DNA from: a gamma proteobacterium symbiont of Bathyaustriella thionipta
GTDB taxonomy: Bacteria > Pseudomonadota > Gammaproteobacteria > GRL18
DNA length: 44,393 nt
NCBI GenBank assembly: GCA_025656775.1
Contig: JAHXHI010000207.1
Location: forward strand, 1 to 44,393
Direction: 5' to 3'
Shown here: piece after piece, positions 7,501-18,994 of the stretch
Numbering within the stretch: position 1 is the first letter of the stretch
Layout of the letters: every line of letters starts with the position of its first letter
The notes under the pieces: generated by a model
What the model was told of the DNA's origin: nothing
Database searches by the model: none
Seen by the model: only the letters and a program-made list of their open reading frames with translations
Program-made: the position numbers and the translations under genes

Positions 7501-10227
7501 CTATTCCATCTCATCAATGAATTGAATGACTGCTCTGCGAATGGCTTCCTGCTTTTTGATATCAGTAATAATCTGTTTATTTTCATTACGAATAATAAAA
7601 ACATCCTCCACTCTTTCACCAAAAGTTGAAATTTTGACGTTATCCAGATGCACACGACACTCAATTAAAGCCTGGCCTATATGAGATAACAGAGCAGGGC
7701 GATTGGATGCTGAGACAGTCATGAGTGTCTGGTTGTTTTCTAAGTCTTCATCAAAGTGCACACTGGTTTTGTGAGAGAATTGTTTTTCTGTCCTGGAGAG
7801 CCTTTGAGTCAGCGTCGGAAATACAAATTGTTCCTGTGACAGCTTCTCTTCAAGTGAAAACCTTATCATCTCGATACGCTCTTTATCCGTGACTATAGAG
7901 CCGTCACCCTCAAGTACAAAATACGTATGATAGGTATAACCATTGGATGTCGTGATGGTTTTTGCTTCGGTGATATCAAGCATCAGTTGTGAAAATGTGG
8001 CTGCAACCATTGCAAACAGATGATCGACTTCCAGAGTGTAAATAAATATTTCTGTGCCGCCGCGCTCTTTATGAGGCTTAATAAGGATAATGGATTTGTT
8101 TGTGCTGGAATTTTCTAAATGCTGTAGTGGTTCAGGATCCTGTTTATAAATATCCAGAATGGCTTGTGTTTGCCAGACAATTTCTTCTACTTGAAATTTA
8201 AAGAAATATTCAGTGGGCAACCATGACCAAAGCTGTGTAATACTCGCTTGTGAGTAATGATTATCAAGTAATTTCCCCTGAGCGATTGCTTTACAGTTTC
8301 TAATGCACTCATCCTGTTGCTGAGGGTTTTCCAGACCTTTGTTTAAGGCTATTTTTGTTAAATTATACAGCTGCACCAATAAAGAATCCTTCCAGCTGTT
8401 CCATACTTTTGGACTGGTTGCCCGAATATCAGAAACGGTGAGCATATAGAGATAATCAAGATACTGACTTTCGCCAATGAGTGTTGCGAATTCATGAATA
8501 ACAGCGGGGTCATTGATGTCTTTGCGTTGTGCTGTCATGGACATGATGAGATGATTACGGACTAACCAGGTGACAAGACGGGTGTCTCTGAGATTCAGAT
8601 CATGTAATTGACAAAATTTCTCGGCATCAATAGCACCAAGCTCTTCATGACGCCCGCCTCGCCCCTTGCCAATGTCATGATATAATGCAGCCAGAAATAA
8701 AAGTTCCGGCTTGGGCAGATAATGAGCGATTTTACTGGCTAAAGGCAGTTCATCTGCATGTTCTGGAACAAACAGGCGTCGGGCATTACGAAGTACTTTT
8801 AAAGTATGTTCATCAACGGTATAGGCATGATATAAATCATGCTGCATCTGACCGACAATCTGTTTAAATTCAGGGATGTAGGCGGCCAGAACACCATAAC
8901 GGTTCATGCGTCTCATCTCATGGGTAATACCAAAGGGCTGGCGTAAGATTTCCATAAACAGAGTACGGCAGCGCAGATCTTTACGAAAGCTGTCATCAAT
9001 CAGATAACAATGAGCCCGGATCAGGCGAATAGTGCTTGCCCGAACACCTTTAAGTTCAGGATCCTGACACAGCAGCAGAAAAATTTCTAATAGAGCAAAG
9101 GGGTAGTTTCTAAAAACACTTTGATTAGTCGCAGCGATATAACCTTTATAATTAATGAATCGGCGATTAATTTTTATGGGTTTGGCATCGCTGTCGCTGA
9201 AGATGATGACTTCCTGGAAATATTGCAATAACATTTCATTCAGGCGTTCCAGTTCCATGACCGTTTGGTAATAATCCGTCATAAAACATTCGACTGCCAA
9301 CTTGCCTTCATTGTCAGTGTAACCAAATTGTTGTGCTAATTCTCTTTGATAATCAAATAATAAGCGCTCTTCATGGCGTTTACATAAAATATGCAATGCA
9401 AAACGGATTTTCCAGAGAAAATTTTGACCATGTTCTAATTGTTCATATTCATGAGGGGTCAAAAAGTTATGTCCGACCAGATCTTTTAAACTCTCAACGA
9501 CAAAGTGTCGTTTGGCAACCCAGCCGATGATTTGTATATCGCGTAAGCCACCAGGGCCTTCTTTGATATTAGGTTCCAGATTGTAGGCTGTTTCATTAAA
9601 TTTAAGATAGCGTTTGTTTTTTTCTTCAATTTTTGCTGCAGTAAAATCTTTAGTTGTCCAGATATTTTCAGGACTTAATTGGCCGGAAAGTTGTTCATAT
9701 AGCGTGTTATCACCAGTAATTAAACGTGATTCCATCAGATTGCTGATAATAGTAATATCATTTTCAGCTTCTTTTATGCATTCATCGACTGTGCGAACAC
9801 TATGCCCGATTTCCAGGCCGATATCCCAGAGCAGAGCAATAAAAAAATGCAGGTTTTCAATAAATTCCTTATTGTCGCCGGATTCGTCATCTAAATCATG
9901 CTCCGCATCATGTAATAACAGCAAATCTACATCACTATACGGATGCAGTTCACCCCGGCCATAACCACCCACAGCCAGTAAAGCCGCATTTTCACCCAGA
10001 TTATAATAGGACCAGGCCATTGTTAAAATAATATCAATGGCCTGTGAACGCTCTCTGATCAGATGAACAATATTTTGTTTGGCCTGAAACTGCTCTACCT
10101 GTTTATCGTAAATAGACTTAACGGCATTTTTTAACGGTAGTAAGGGCGTCTTGCTTTGAGCCAGCTCAGTTTCCAGTGTACTGAAGTCAAATAATAGTTC
10201 TAAAGAAGGCGGGATCACTAATTGCAT
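7501..10227 (-). CDS. glnD: [Protein-PII] uridylyltransferase/uridylyl-removing enzyme
   Basis: AVGGYGRGELHPYSDVDLL NTase motif, LEPNIKEGPGGLRD, HD domain (YTVDEHT...LYHDIGKGRGG), C-terminal ACT domains (STFGERVEDVF). Downstream of map. Confidence 0.97.
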   Translation of the reverse strand: MQLVIPPSLELLFDFSTLETELAQSKTPLLPLKNAVKSIYDKQVEQFQAKQNIVHLIRERSQAIDIILTMAWSYYNLGENAALLAVGGYGRGELHPYSDVDLLLLHDAEHDLDDESGDNKEFIENLHFFIALLWDIGLEIGHSVRTVDECIKEAENDITIISNLMESRLITGDNTLYEQLSGQLSPENIWTTKDFTAAKIEEKNKRYLKFNETAYNLEPNIKEGPGGLRDIQIIGWVAKRHFVVESLKDLVGHNFLTPHEYEQLEHGQNFLWKIRFALHILCKRHEERLLFDYQRELAQQFGYTDNEGKLAVECFMTDYYQTVMELERLNEMLLQYFQEVIIFSDSDAKPIKINRRFINYKGYIAATNQSVFRNYPFALLEIFLLLCQDPELKGVRASTIRLIRAHCYLIDDSFRKDLRCRTLFMEILRQPFGITHEMRRMNRYGVLAAYIPEFKQIVGQMQHDLYHAYTVDEHTLKVLRNARRLFVPEHADELPLASKIAHYLPKPELLFLAALYHDIGKGRGGRHEELGAIDAEKFCQLHDLNLRDTRLVTWLVRNHLIMSMTAQRKDINDPAVIHEFATLIGESQYLDYLYMLTVSDIRATSPKVWNSWKDSLLVQLYNLTKIALNKGLENPQQQDECIRNCKAIAQGKLLDNHYSQASITQLWSWLPTEYFFKFQVEEIVWQTQAILDIYKQDPEPLQHLENSSTNKSIILIKPHKERGGTEIFIYTLEVDHLFAMVAATFSQLMLDITEAKTITTSNGYTYHTYFVLEGDGSIVTDKERIEMIRFSLEEKLSQEQFVFPTLTQRLSRTEKQFSHKTSVHFDEDLENNQTLMTVSASNRPALLSHIGQALIECRVHLDNVKISTFGERVEDVFIIRNENKQIITDIKKQEAIRRAVIQFIDEME

Positions 10228-10245
10228 CTGATATTGATTCCTTAA

Positions 10246-11010
10246 TTATCGTTCTTCATCTCGAAGCGTTAATATTTCATAACCGTCAGCAGTGACCAGA
10301 AGGGTATGCTCCCATTGCGCTGATAAGCTGCGATCTTTGGTCACCACCGTCCATTTATCAGGTAATACTCGAATCTGACGCTTACCCGCATTAATCATGG
10401 GTTCAATGGTAAAAGTCATACCTTCTTCAAGCACTTCTTTGCTGCCGGGCTTGCCATAGTGTAAAACCTGAGGATCTTCATGAAAATGAGCACCAATGCC
10501 ATGACCGCAATACTCTCTCACTACAGAAAAGTTATTTTTCTCGGCATGTTTGGCAATGGCATAGCCAATATCACCCAGATGGATTCCTGGTTTTATTAAT
10601 TCTATCCCGGTAAAAAGACACTCGTGACTGATTCGACAGAGTCTTTGGGCTAGTATCGATGGTTTGCCCAGGAGAAACATTTTACTGGTATCACCATGAT
10701 AACCCTCTTTGATCACGGTGATATCAACGTTGATGATATCACCGCTTTTGAGCTTTTTATTACTGGGAATACCATGGCAGATTTGATTATTGACTGAAGT
10801 ACAGATTGACTTGGGAAAACCATGATAATTCAGTGGTGCCGGAATTGCCTGTTGTTCATTAACGATATAATCATGACATATTTTATCCAGTTCATCTGTG
10901 GTTATACCCGGTTTAACATAAGGTTCAATCATTTGCAGAACTTCAGCAGCAAGTTTACCTGCTATACGCATTTTTGTAATTTCTTCAGGGGTTTTCAGTG
11001 TAATGCTCAT
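10246..11010 (-). CDS. map: Type I methionine aminopeptidase
   Basis: FPKSICTSVN, CHGIP, DITVIKEGYHGDTS, YCGHGIG, FTIEPMIN, SAQWEHT. Confidence 0.98.
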   Translation of the reverse strand: MSITLKTPEEITKMRIAGKLAAEVLQMIEPYVKPGITTDELDKICHDYIVNEQQAIPAPLNYHGFPKSICTSVNNQICHGIPSNKKLKSGDIINVDITVIKEGYHGDTSKMFLLGKPSILAQRLCRISHECLFTGIELIKPGIHLGDIGYAIAKHAEKNNFSVVREYCGHGIGAHFHEDPQVLHYGKPGSKEVLEEGMTFTIEPMINAGKRQIRVLPDKWTVVTKDRSLSAQWEHTLLVTADGYEILTLRDEER

Positions 11011-11202
11011 AGGTCATGTTTTCTTGATAGTTGTATGTAAAATGTATAACAAAGATAAGTCGTGCATTATACCTTTTAAATCACAAAATTAACCAATATT
11101 TTTCGTGATAGCATTAAACCTGAATAAGTGAGCATGGACTCAAGCACAGTAATTAAAAAATACGCTCTGAATAGAGACAAAAGATTGTTGTTTCAATTGT
11201 TT

Positions 11203-11220
11203 TATGGAATAATACGCACG
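11203..11220 (+). promoter_or_regulatory. rpsB promoter: extended -10 plus GC-rich discriminator
   Basis: TATGGAATAAT-ACGCACG resembles the extended -10/discriminator layout of gammaproteobacterial rpsB promoters and directly precedes the structured leader. Confidence 0.55.
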
Positions 11221-11372
11221 CCTTGTTACACGTAAGTCTTAGCAAGGTTTTTTAATACTCCGACCCTATATCGACACATAAATCTGGGTGCCTGGACATT
11301 GTATAGATGCCTATAACGCATTAATAATGAAAAATCAGGTTGGTTTATGGGATATATGGAAGATTTAACCCT
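11221..11372 (+). ncRNA. rpsB 5' leader (t44/tff, S2 autoregulatory element)
   Basis: Left hairpin CCTTGTTA/TAGCAAGG (11221-11247), then the core TATATCGACACATAAATCTGGGTGCCTG...CAGGTTGGTTTATGGGATATATGGAAGATTTAACCC. This matches the t44 pattern as I recall it from E. coli (CGTATCGGCACAT...GGGGTGCC...ATGGGATACGTGGAGGCATAACCC). Confidence 0.85.
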
Positions 11373-11391
11373 TATATTAAGGAAATTTATC

Positions 11392-12150
11392 ATGGCAAAA
11401 GTCACAATGCGTCAAATGCTTGAAGCAGGCGTTCATTTTGGTCACCAGACCCGTTATTGGAACCCGAAAATGGGTCAATATATCTTTGGCGATCGTAACA
11501 AAATTCATATAATCAACTTAGAAAGCACGCTACCAATGTTCAACGATGCGATGAACTTTGTTGGTCAGATTGCAGCTAAGCGCGGTAAAATATTATTCGT
11601 TGGTACGAAACGTGCTGCGGGTAAATCAATTAAGGAGCAAGCACTACGTTGCGGAATGCCTTATGTTAACCATCGTTGGTTAGGCGGTATGCTGACTAAC
11701 TTTAAAACGGTTAAACAGTCTATTAAACGTCTAAAATATTTAGAGAAAGCATCGACTGATGGTACTTTCAATACGCTGACTAAAAAAGAAGCGCTAATGA
11801 ATTCCCGTGAAATGGAAAAATTAGAAAAAAGTCTAGGCGGAATTAAAGATATGAATTCACTGCCTTCAGCAGTATTCATCGTTGATGTTGGCCATGAAAA
11901 AATTGCTGTATTAGAAGCGAATAAGCTTGGTATCCCAGTAATTGGTGTGGTTGATACAAACAACAAAGCAGACGGCGTTGACTATATTATTCCTGGTAAT
12001 GATGATGCAATTCGTGCCATCAACCTTTATGTTGAAACGGCTGCAGAATCTGTTCTGGATGCAAAAGCTGCAAATACACAAGCGGTTGCTTCAGACGAGT
12101 TTGTTGAAGTGGATAGTGCAGAAAAATCATCTGACGCTGCGGCATCCTAA
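11392..12150 (+). CDS. rpsB: 30S ribosomal protein S2
   Basis: [48 protein letters not shown]. True start is the ATG at 11392 after AAGGA; the ORF-track extension lies within the leader RNA. Confidence 0.99.
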   Translation: MAKVTMRQMLEAGVHFGHQTRYWNPKMGQYIFGDRNKIHIINLESTLPMFNDAMNFVGQIAAKRGKILFVGTKRAAGKSIKEQALRCGMPYVNHRWLGGMLTNFKTVKQSIKRLKYLEKASTDGTFNTLTKKEALMNSREMEKLEKSLGGIKDMNSLPSAVFIVDVGHEKIAVLEANKLGIPVIGVVDTNNKADGVDYIIPGNDDAIRAINLYVETAAESVLDAKAANTQAVASDEFVEVDSAEKSSDAAAS

Positions 12151-12243
12151 CTCTTTATTTTAAAGAGTTAATAGATACAATAGCGTTAACAAAATTCCCG
12201 GGCAGTAGACTGGCAACTTAATTTGCCGGAACTGCCCGGTTTT
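12148..12243 (+). terminator. rpsB-tsf intercistronic hairpins (probable attenuator/processing site)
   Basis: Perfect 10-bp stem TAACTCTTTA/TAAAGAGTTA (12148-12170). Second stem CCGGGCAGT/ACTGCCCGG (12198-12239) with an inner stem, followed by TTTT. Confidence 0.6.
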
Positions 12244-12264
12244 GAATTATATGAGGAATAAAAA

Positions 12265-13143
12265 ATGGCAATTACCGCCGCTTTGGTTAAAGAATTACGT
12301 GACCGCACAGGTGCGGGCATGATGGAATGTAAGAAATCACTGGTTGAAACTGATGGTGATATTGAAGCAGCAATTGAATTGATGCGCAAAACTGGTTTGG
12401 CAAAAGCTGATAAAAAAGCCGGTCGTATTGCAGCTGAAGGTAAAGTTGTAGTTGAATTCAGTGATGATGCTAAAAAAGGTGTTATGCTGGAAGTTAACTG
12501 TGAAACTGACTTCGTTGCAATGGGTGATGATTTTGGAAATTTTGCCAGCTCAGTTGCAAAACGAATTTTATCAGATGCGCCTGCTGATGTTGAAGCCTTA
12601 TTAACAATGCCTTTAGAAGATGGTTCTGAAGACATTACTACTGTTTTGAAAACAATGATTGCAAAGATTGGCGAAAATATGTCGGTTCGTCGTTTTGTTA
12701 CCTTTGAAACAGAAGGTCAGCTAGGTGCATATCTGCACGGCACTAAAATTGGCGTGGTTGTCGATATGCAGGGCGGCAACGCAGAACTGATTAAAGATGT
12801 TGCTATGCACGTTGCTGCCAGCAATCCTAAAGGACTTGATGAGTCTTCTCTTGATGCAGCTGAACTTGCTAAAGAGAAAGAAATTGCTGCTGCGGAAGCT
12901 GCTAATAGCGGTAAACCAGAGAACATCATAGAAAAAATTGTTGAAGGAAAAATTAAACGTTTCATTAAAGATAATACTTTAGTGGGTCAGGCGTTTGTTA
13001 AAGATCCTGATATTACTGTAGAAAAACTGGTTAACGATGCTGGTGCAACGATTTTAGGCTTTACCCGTCTGGAAGTTGGAGAAGGTATCGAGAAAAAGCA
13101 AGAAGATTTTGCTGCTGAAGTGATGGCCCAAATTGGTGGTTAA
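12265..13143 (+). CDS. tsf: Elongation factor Ts
   Basis: ITAALVKELRDRTGAGMMECKK, EVNCETDFVA, DFAAEV. Confidence 0.99.
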   Translation: MAITAALVKELRDRTGAGMMECKKSLVETDGDIEAAIELMRKTGLAKADKKAGRIAAEGKVVVEFSDDAKKGVMLEVNCETDFVAMGDDFGNFASSVAKRILSDAPADVEALLTMPLEDGSEDITTVLKTMIAKIGENMSVRRFVTFETEGQLGAYLHGTKIGVVVDMQGGNAELIKDVAMHVAASNPKGLDESSLDAAELAKEKEIAAAEAANSGKPENIIEKIVEGKIKRFIKDNTLVGQAFVKDPDITVEKLVNDAGATILGFTRLEVGEGIEKKQEDFAAEVMAQIGG

Positions 13144-13163
13144 AACGGCTAGTTAAGTGTTAC

Positions 13164-13206
13164 CCCGCCACTTTTAATTATAAACGATTAAAGTGGCGGG
13201 TTTATT
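13164..13206 (+). terminator. Rho-independent terminator after tsf
   Basis: CCCGCCACTTT/AAAGTGGCGGG 11-bp stem followed by TTTATT. Confidence 0.8.
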
Positions 13207-13281
13207 GGGTCAATATACAAAAATAAATTTTTAACCACTCAAAATTCATAACAAGCAACCCATATAAAAAAGGAGCAGCCT

Positions 13282-13992
13282 GTGAGCGCAAAATATCAAA
13301 GAGTCTTATTAAAACTCAGTGGTGAGGCATTAATGGGAGATCAAAATTTTGGTATTGATCCACAGGTGCTGACTTATGTTTCACAAGAAGTAAAACGCCT
13401 GATTGATCAAGGTATCCAGGTGTGTATTGTGATTGGCGGGGGTAATATCTTTCGTGGTGTTGGTCTGGCTGCTTCAGGCATGGATAGAGTTGCGGGTGAT
13501 CATATGGGAATGTTGGCAACAGTCATCAATTCCTTAGCACTGCAGGACGCACTGGAAAAATCGGCTGTTCCTGCCAGAGTCATGTCTGCTTTACCAATCC
13601 ATCAGGTCTGTGAAGATTATATTCGTCGCAGAGCAATTCGTCATCTTGAAAAAGGTCGGGTCGCAATTTTTGCTGCGGGTACCGGCAATCCTTTTTTTAC
13701 TACGGATTCAGCAGCCAGTCTGCGCGGGATTGAAATAGAGGCTGATGTGGTTATCAAAGCCACTAAGGTCGATGGTGTTTACTCTGCTGATCCCGTTAAG
13801 GATCCGGATGCAACGCTTTATCATAATTTAAGTTATGATGAGGTTTTAGAAAAAAAATTAAATGTAATGGATGCCACTGCAATTGTGTTATGTCGCGATC
13901 ATAAAATGCCAATTCGAGTTTATAATATGGCCAAGTCAGGGGCGCTTGATAATGTCATTAACGGCGAACAAGAAGGTACGCTGGTCGAATAA
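13282..13992 (+). CDS. pyrH: UMP kinase
   Basis: [38 protein letters not shown] start after an AAGGAG RBS. Confidence 0.98.
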   Translation: MSAKYQRVLLKLSGEALMGDQNFGIDPQVLTYVSQEVKRLIDQGIQVCIVIGGGNIFRGVGLAASGMDRVAGDHMGMLATVINSLALQDALEKSAVPARVMSALPIHQVCEDYIRRRAIRHLEKGRVAIFAAGTGNPFFTTDSAASLRGIEIEADVVIKATKVDGVYSADPVKDPDATLYHNLSYDEVLEKKLNVMDATAIVLCRDHKMPIRVYNMAKSGALDNVINGEQEGTLVE

Positions 13993-14070
13993 TACTCATT
14001 TTTTCATTTCGGATATAACGATTTAAGGTTTATACAATTAGCCTGTTTAAGTGCCCTCAGGAGAACAAAC

Positions 14071-14628
14071 ATGATTAATGAAATTCAAAGTGATGCCAAT
14101 ACCCGTATGGGAAAAAGCATTGACTCACTCAAACAAGATTTAATAAAAGTCAGAACGGGAAGAGCTCACACCAGTCTGCTCGATAGTATTAGCGTGGATT
14201 ATTATGGTAATCCAACCCCTTTAAACCAGGTGGCCAATATTTCTATTCTTGATTCCAGAACTCTGTCTGTTCAAGTTTGGGAAAAGCAAATGACACCCGT
14301 GGTTGAAAAGGCAATTTTAACCTCTGATTTAGGATTAAATCCCGCTACAAGCGGTGAATTAATGCGTATTCCTTTGCCGCCTCTGACAGAAGAAACACGT
14401 AAAAATCTTATTAAAGTTGTTCGTGGTGAAGGTGAGAGTGCAAAAGTTGCCATACGAAATATTCGCAGAGATGCTAATGCTTCCTTAAAAGAACTGGAAA
14501 AAGAAAAAGAAATTTCAGAAGACGATGAACGTCGCGGTCAGGAAGCCATTCAAAAACTAACGGATAGTCATGTCAAAGAAGTTGATCAGCTTTTAGCCGT
14601 TAAAGAAAAAGATTTAATGGAAATCTAG
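14071..14628 (+). CDS. frr: Ribosome recycling factor
   Basis: [28 protein letters not shown]; 185 aa. Confidence 0.98.
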   Translation: MINEIQSDANTRMGKSIDSLKQDLIKVRTGRAHTSLLDSISVDYYGNPTPLNQVANISILDSRTLSVQVWEKQMTPVVEKAILTSDLGLNPATSGELMRIPLPPLTEETRKNLIKVVRGEGESAKVAIRNIRRDANASLKELEKEKEISEDDERRGQEAIQKLTDSHVKEVDQLLAVKEKDLMEI

Positions 14629-14629
14629 A

Positions 14630-15379
14630 ATGTCTGCGGATAACCCGACTCGTTCCAAAGGAAATGCTTTAAAACACATCTGTATTATTATGGATGGTAA
14701 TGGACGTTGGGCAAAAAAACGCTTTATGCCGCGTTTCGCAGGACATAAAGCGGGTTTAAGTACAGTACGAAAAATTGTCAGCAGCTGTGTTGAACAGGAG
14801 CTTGAAGTGCTGACCATTTTTGCTTTTAGTAGTGAGAATTGGCGCAGACCCGAAAAAGAAGTCGGTTTATTGATGGAGTTATTCGCCACTGCGTTAACCC
14901 GTGAGGTAAAAAAACTCCATGATAATAACATTCAGTTGCGTATTATTGGTGATCTGAGTGCTTTCTCGGACAAGATAAAAGTACTTATCGATGAAGCGAT
15001 TGCATTAACAGCACATAATGATGGTTTGATACTTAATGTTGCCGCAAATTACGGTGGTCGCTGGGATATTATGCAGGCCACTCAACAAGTTGCCCGTAAA
15101 GTTCAGGATGGCCAGTTAGTTGCGGATGATATTGATGAAGCGATTATTGAAGATCATTTATCGTTGAGTGGTCTGCCGGAACCTGACTTATTTATTCGTA
15201 CCGGTGGTGAAAAAAGAATCAGCAATTTTATATTATGGCAACTGGCTTACTGTGAATTTTATTTTACCGATGTTTTATGGCCAGATTTCAATAAAAAAAC
15301 ATTCCTAGAAGCGATTGATTCTTTTTATTCCAGACAAAGACGTTTTGGTCGCACTGGCGATCAACTAAAAGAACTATAA
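14630..15379 (+). CDS. uppS: Undecaprenyl diphosphate synthase
   Basis: IIMDGNGRWAK, FAFSSENWRRP, NYGGRWDI, IRTGGEKRISNF. Confidence 0.98.
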   Translation: MSADNPTRSKGNALKHICIIMDGNGRWAKKRFMPRFAGHKAGLSTVRKIVSSCVEQELEVLTIFAFSSENWRRPEKEVGLLMELFATALTREVKKLHDNNIQLRIIGDLSAFSDKIKVLIDEAIALTAHNDGLILNVAANYGGRWDIMQATQQVARKVQDGQLVADDIDEAIIEDHLSLSGLPEPDLFIRTGGEKRISNFILWQLAYCEFYFTDVLWPDFNKKTFLEAIDSFYSRQRRFGRTGDQLKEL

Positions 15380-15386
15380 GGTCTGC

Positions 15387-16235
15387 ATGTTAAAATCAAG
15401 AGTTATTACTGCTTTACTCCTATTTCCCCTTGCTGTATACGGTATTCTATTTCTATCAAATAGTTTATTTGCTGCATTTGTTGGTTTTATCATTTTACTG
15501 GGTGCTTATGAGTGGGCAGGCTTTGCTAAATTCCCATCCACTCTGTCTAAATTGGCTTATGTGGTTATTATTGGCACTATTATTTTTTCCCTCTGGTTAG
15601 TTAATTTTATCTTATCATCAAGCATGATGAACCAAATAGCCGTTGGTTTTTGGCTGTTTGCGCTTATATTGCTATCAGGCTTTCCTGAAAAAGCCAAATT
15701 TTGGCATGGAAGTAGCCCCGTTATTGCAATAATCGGTGCTTTTTTATTGGTTTTAACCTGGTACGCTTTAATCTCTATTCATGCCATTGAAGGGCTAAAA
15801 TTTGCCCAAACAACAATGACTGGTCCTTATCTGGTTTTTTCAGTCATGATGTTGGTATGGATTGCTGATACAGGTGCATATTTTTCTGGAAAACGTTTTG
15901 GAAAAAATAAACTGGCACCAAAGATCAGTCCGGGTAAGTCAAGAGAAGGGGTGTATGGTGGTCTGATTCTGGCCGCTATCATCGTCAGTTTATTTACTTT
16001 CTGGCATGGTGGCAGTAGTCAGGATTATCTTCATATTATTGGTATCAGCCTTGTAACCGTTGTTTTTTCAGTGATAGGCGATTTGCTGGAAAGTATGTTC
16101 AAACGACAGGCGAATATTAAAGACAGCAGTAATTTATTACCCGGTCATGGTGGTATACTGGATAGAATTGATAGTGTTACCGCAGCAGGTCCAGTATTTT
16201 ATATTACCCTTTCATGGATGTATCAACTGAATTAA
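15387..16235 (+). CDS. cdsA: Phosphatidate cytidylyltransferase
   Basis: MLKSRVITA, WIADTGAYFSG, ISPGKS, GDLLESMFKR, LPGHGGILDRIDS. Confidence 0.97.
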   Translation: MLKSRVITALLLFPLAVYGILFLSNSLFAAFVGFIILLGAYEWAGFAKFPSTLSKLAYVVIIGTIIFSLWLVNFILSSSMMNQIAVGFWLFALILLSGFPEKAKFWHGSSPVIAIIGAFLLVLTWYALISIHAIEGLKFAQTTMTGPYLVFSVMMLVWIADTGAYFSGKRFGKNKLAPKISPGKSREGVYGGLILAAIIVSLFTFWHGGSSQDYLHIIGISLVTVVFSVIGDLLESMFKRQANIKDSSNLLPGHGGILDRIDSVTAAGPVFYITLSWMYQLN

Positions 16236-16316
16236 ATAAATGATTGGCTTCCTCGCCTTCTTTTTTATAAAGAAAGGAATAAGACTGATTGGGGTTGAGT
16301 TAATGAGAATATCATT

Positions 16317-17546
16317 ATGATAAATGTAGCAATTTTAGGTTCTACAGGCTCTATTGGAACCAGTACTCTGGATGTTATTTCCAGACAATCAGATCGATTT
16401 AATGCGTTTGCATTGACTGCGAATAAAAATGTTGAACGTCTTTATGAACAATGTTTGCAGTTTTTACCTGAAATTGCATTGATGGTGGATAAAGTTTCTG
16501 CTAAAGAATTAGAGCAACGCCTGCAAAGTAACCCTGAAACTCAGCATATTAACGTTTTTTCAGGGTGTCAGGCGCTTGATGATGTCGCTGCTGCAGAACA
16601 AGTTGATTATGTCATGGCTGCTATTGTTGGTGCTGCCGGGTTAAGCTCATCGCTTGCAGCAGCCCGAAGCGGTAAGCGTATTTTACTGGCTAATAAAGAA
16701 TCGCTGGTGATGTCGGGTGATTTGTTTATGCAGGCTGTGAAAGAAAATGGTGCGACTTTACTACCTGTTGATAGTGAACATAATGCTATTTTTCAAGTGA
16801 TGCCTGATAAATTAAATAATATCAGTGTTAATGTCGATAGTCATATTAATAAAATTGAGTCGCCCAACCTGCAGGATGCCGGTATTGGAAAAATTCTCTT
16901 AACGGCATCCGGCGGCCCGTTTTTAAATAAGTCTCTGACTGAATTACAGGATGTCACTCCCGATCAGGCCTGTGCACATCCAACCTGGGAAATGGGGCGA
17001 AAAATATCGGTTGATTCTGCAACAATGATGAATAAAGGACTTGAAGTCATTGAGGCAAGCTGGCTTTTTAATGCATCTGCCGATGATATTCAAGTCGTCA
17101 TTCATCCGCAAAGTGTGATTCATTCTATGGTTTCTTATAGTGATGGTTCGGTACTTGCCCAATTAGGTAATCCTGATATGCGCACACCCATTGCTCATGC
17201 AATGGCCTGGCCCGAAAGAATGACATCGGGTGTTGAGCCGCTGGATATTTTTAAGGTAGCACAGCTTAATTTTGAGCAGCCTGATTTTGAGCGCTTTGTG
17301 TGCCTTAAGCTGGCTTATGATGCATTGCGTGCTGGCGGTACAGCACCAGCAATATTAAATGCAGCGAATGAAATTGCAGTCGATGCTTTTTTACAGGAGA
17401 AAATCACTTTTACTCAAATTGCAGAAGTTGTGCAGAGGACAATTGAGCAATTGGAAACGGTACCAGCAGATTCTTTAGATGTTATCCTGAACGCAGATGC
17501 CAGAGCAAGAAGCGTTGCTGCAAGTCTCTGTGATGAAATGATTTAA
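16317..17546 (+). CDS. dxr: 1-deoxy-D-xylulose-5-phosphate reductoisomerase
   Basis: [57 protein letters not shown]. Confidence 0.98.
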   Translation: MINVAILGSTGSIGTSTLDVISRQSDRFNAFALTANKNVERLYEQCLQFLPEIALMVDKVSAKELEQRLQSNPETQHINVFSGCQALDDVAAAEQVDYVMAAIVGAAGLSSSLAAARSGKRILLANKESLVMSGDLFMQAVKENGATLLPVDSEHNAIFQVMPDKLNNISVNVDSHINKIESPNLQDAGIGKILLTASGGPFLNKSLTELQDVTPDQACAHPTWEMGRKISVDSATMMNKGLEVIEASWLFNASADDIQVVIHPQSVIHSMVSYSDGSVLAQLGNPDMRTPIAHAMAWPERMTSGVEPLDIFKVAQLNFEQPDFERFVCLKLAYDALRAGGTAPAILNAANEIAVDAFLQEKITFTQIAEVVQRTIEQLETVPADSLDVILNADARARSVAASLCDEMI

Positions 17547-17604
17547 AAATGGTAAATAATCGTGATGCTACTTTTTCTAAGCCAAACAGTTTTAAGGGAA
17601 GTAA

Positions 17605-18966
17605 TTGAGTGTTATGGATAATATGATTGTCGTGATACTGGCTTTTATTTTCACTATTGCACTACTGGTCGCAATTCATGAATACGGTCATTTTTGGGTC
17701 GCAAGAAAACTAAATGTAAAAGTTTTACGCTTTTCAATTGGTTTTGGTACACCATTGTTTCGTTTTCGTGGTGTTAAAGATAACACTGAATTTGTTCTTG
17801 CCAGTATTCCACTGGGTGGTTATGTCAAGATGCTTGATGAACGGGAAGGAGACGTTGCAGAAGAAGAATCGCATCGGGCCTTTAATCGACAATCCGTTTA
17901 TAAACGCTTTGCTATCGTTTTTGCCGGGCCCTTTGTTAATTTCGTCTTTGCTGTCTTTGCCTTTTGGCTGATGTTCGTTATCGGTATTCAGGGGATTAAA
18001 CCTGTTATGGGTCATCTGGATACGAATTCAATTGCCTGGCAGTCAGGTTTACGCAGTGGTGATCAGATTGTTTCAGTTGATGGGGATGAAACGCCTACTC
18101 TGAATGCTGTCTATGAACAATTGCTTGAGGCCTTTATTGAACGTAAAAATGTAATTCTTACGTTGTCTGATCAACGTAATATTACCTTCAGGTTTGATGG
18201 CCTCAAGCAAAATATAGAGCCATCAGAGCTTCAGGATATTATTGGGCTGAGTTTGCAATTACCGGTTGAAAAGGTAATTATCAGTGAAGTGACGGCAGAC
18301 TCGCCCGCTGCAACTGCGGGAATGCTCTCTGGTGATCAGATTGTCTCTATTAATGGGCTGCCTATTGATCACTGGCGCGATTTAGTGCGTTCAGTTATCG
18401 ATAAGCCGGGTAAGAAAATTGTGATTGAACTGCTAAGAAATGGCCAACACATACAATTACCTGTCACTATTGGCACTGTGAAGAAGGGAAGTAAAACAAT
18501 CGGCCAGATTGGGGTGCGTCCAAAATCAGTAACACCATTGCCTGAATCAATGTATGCGATGCATCAATATGATGTGATCACCGCAATTACTAAAGGAATT
18601 GAAAAAACCTGGGATTTATCAGTGCTAACATTAAAAATGTTAGGTAGAATAGTTGTCGGCGAAGCTTCAATTAAAAATATTAGTGGCCCTATTACCATCG
18701 CTGAAGTTGCAGGACACTCTGTACAAATGGGGTTTGAAAATTTTTTACGTTTTCTGGCCATTGTCAGTTTGAGTTTGGGCGTGATCAATTTACTTCCAAT
18801 CCCTATGCTTGATGGCGGTCACTTGCTGTTTTATTTAGTTGAAATGGTAAAAGGTTCTCCTGTATCTGATGCTGTGCAGGAAATAGGACTTAAAATTGGT
18901 ATAACATTATTGGTTATGCTGATGAGTATTGCATTGTATAATGATTTTACAAGACTTTTGAATTAA
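17605..18966 (+). CDS. rseP: RIP metalloprotease RseP
   Basis: HEYGH zinc motif, IPLGGYVKM, two PDZ domains, [12 protein letters not shown]. Start may be the ATG at 17614. Confidence 0.97.
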   Translation: MSVMDNMIVVILAFIFTIALLVAIHEYGHFWVARKLNVKVLRFSIGFGTPLFRFRGVKDNTEFVLASIPLGGYVKMLDEREGDVAEEESHRAFNRQSVYKRFAIVFAGPFVNFVFAVFAFWLMFVIGIQGIKPVMGHLDTNSIAWQSGLRSGDQIVSVDGDETPTLNAVYEQLLEAFIERKNVILTLSDQRNITFRFDGLKQNIEPSELQDIIGLSLQLPVEKVIISEVTADSPAATAGMLSGDQIVSINGLPIDHWRDLVRSVIDKPGKKIVIELLRNGQHIQLPVTIGTVKKGSKTIGQIGVRPKSVTPLPESMYAMHQYDVITAITKGIEKTWDLSVLTLKMLGRIVVGEASIKNISGPITIAEVAGHSVQMGFENFLRFLAIVSLSLGVINLLPIPMLDGGHLLFYLVEMVKGSPVSDAVQEIGLKIGITLLVMLMSIALYNDFTRLLN

Positions 18967-18994
18967 ATTAATTATTTTAACTGGAACTCACTTA

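Noticed and set aside
7362-7664. 100-aa minus-strand ORF bridging the glnD end and the lysA start (possible leader peptide)
   Set aside because: It overlaps glnD out of frame, has no RBS, no lysine-codon run near a start and no recognisable motif.
11347-11391. N-terminal extension of RpsB in the ORF track
   Set aside because: It lies in the t44 leader; the conserved start with an RBS is at 11392.
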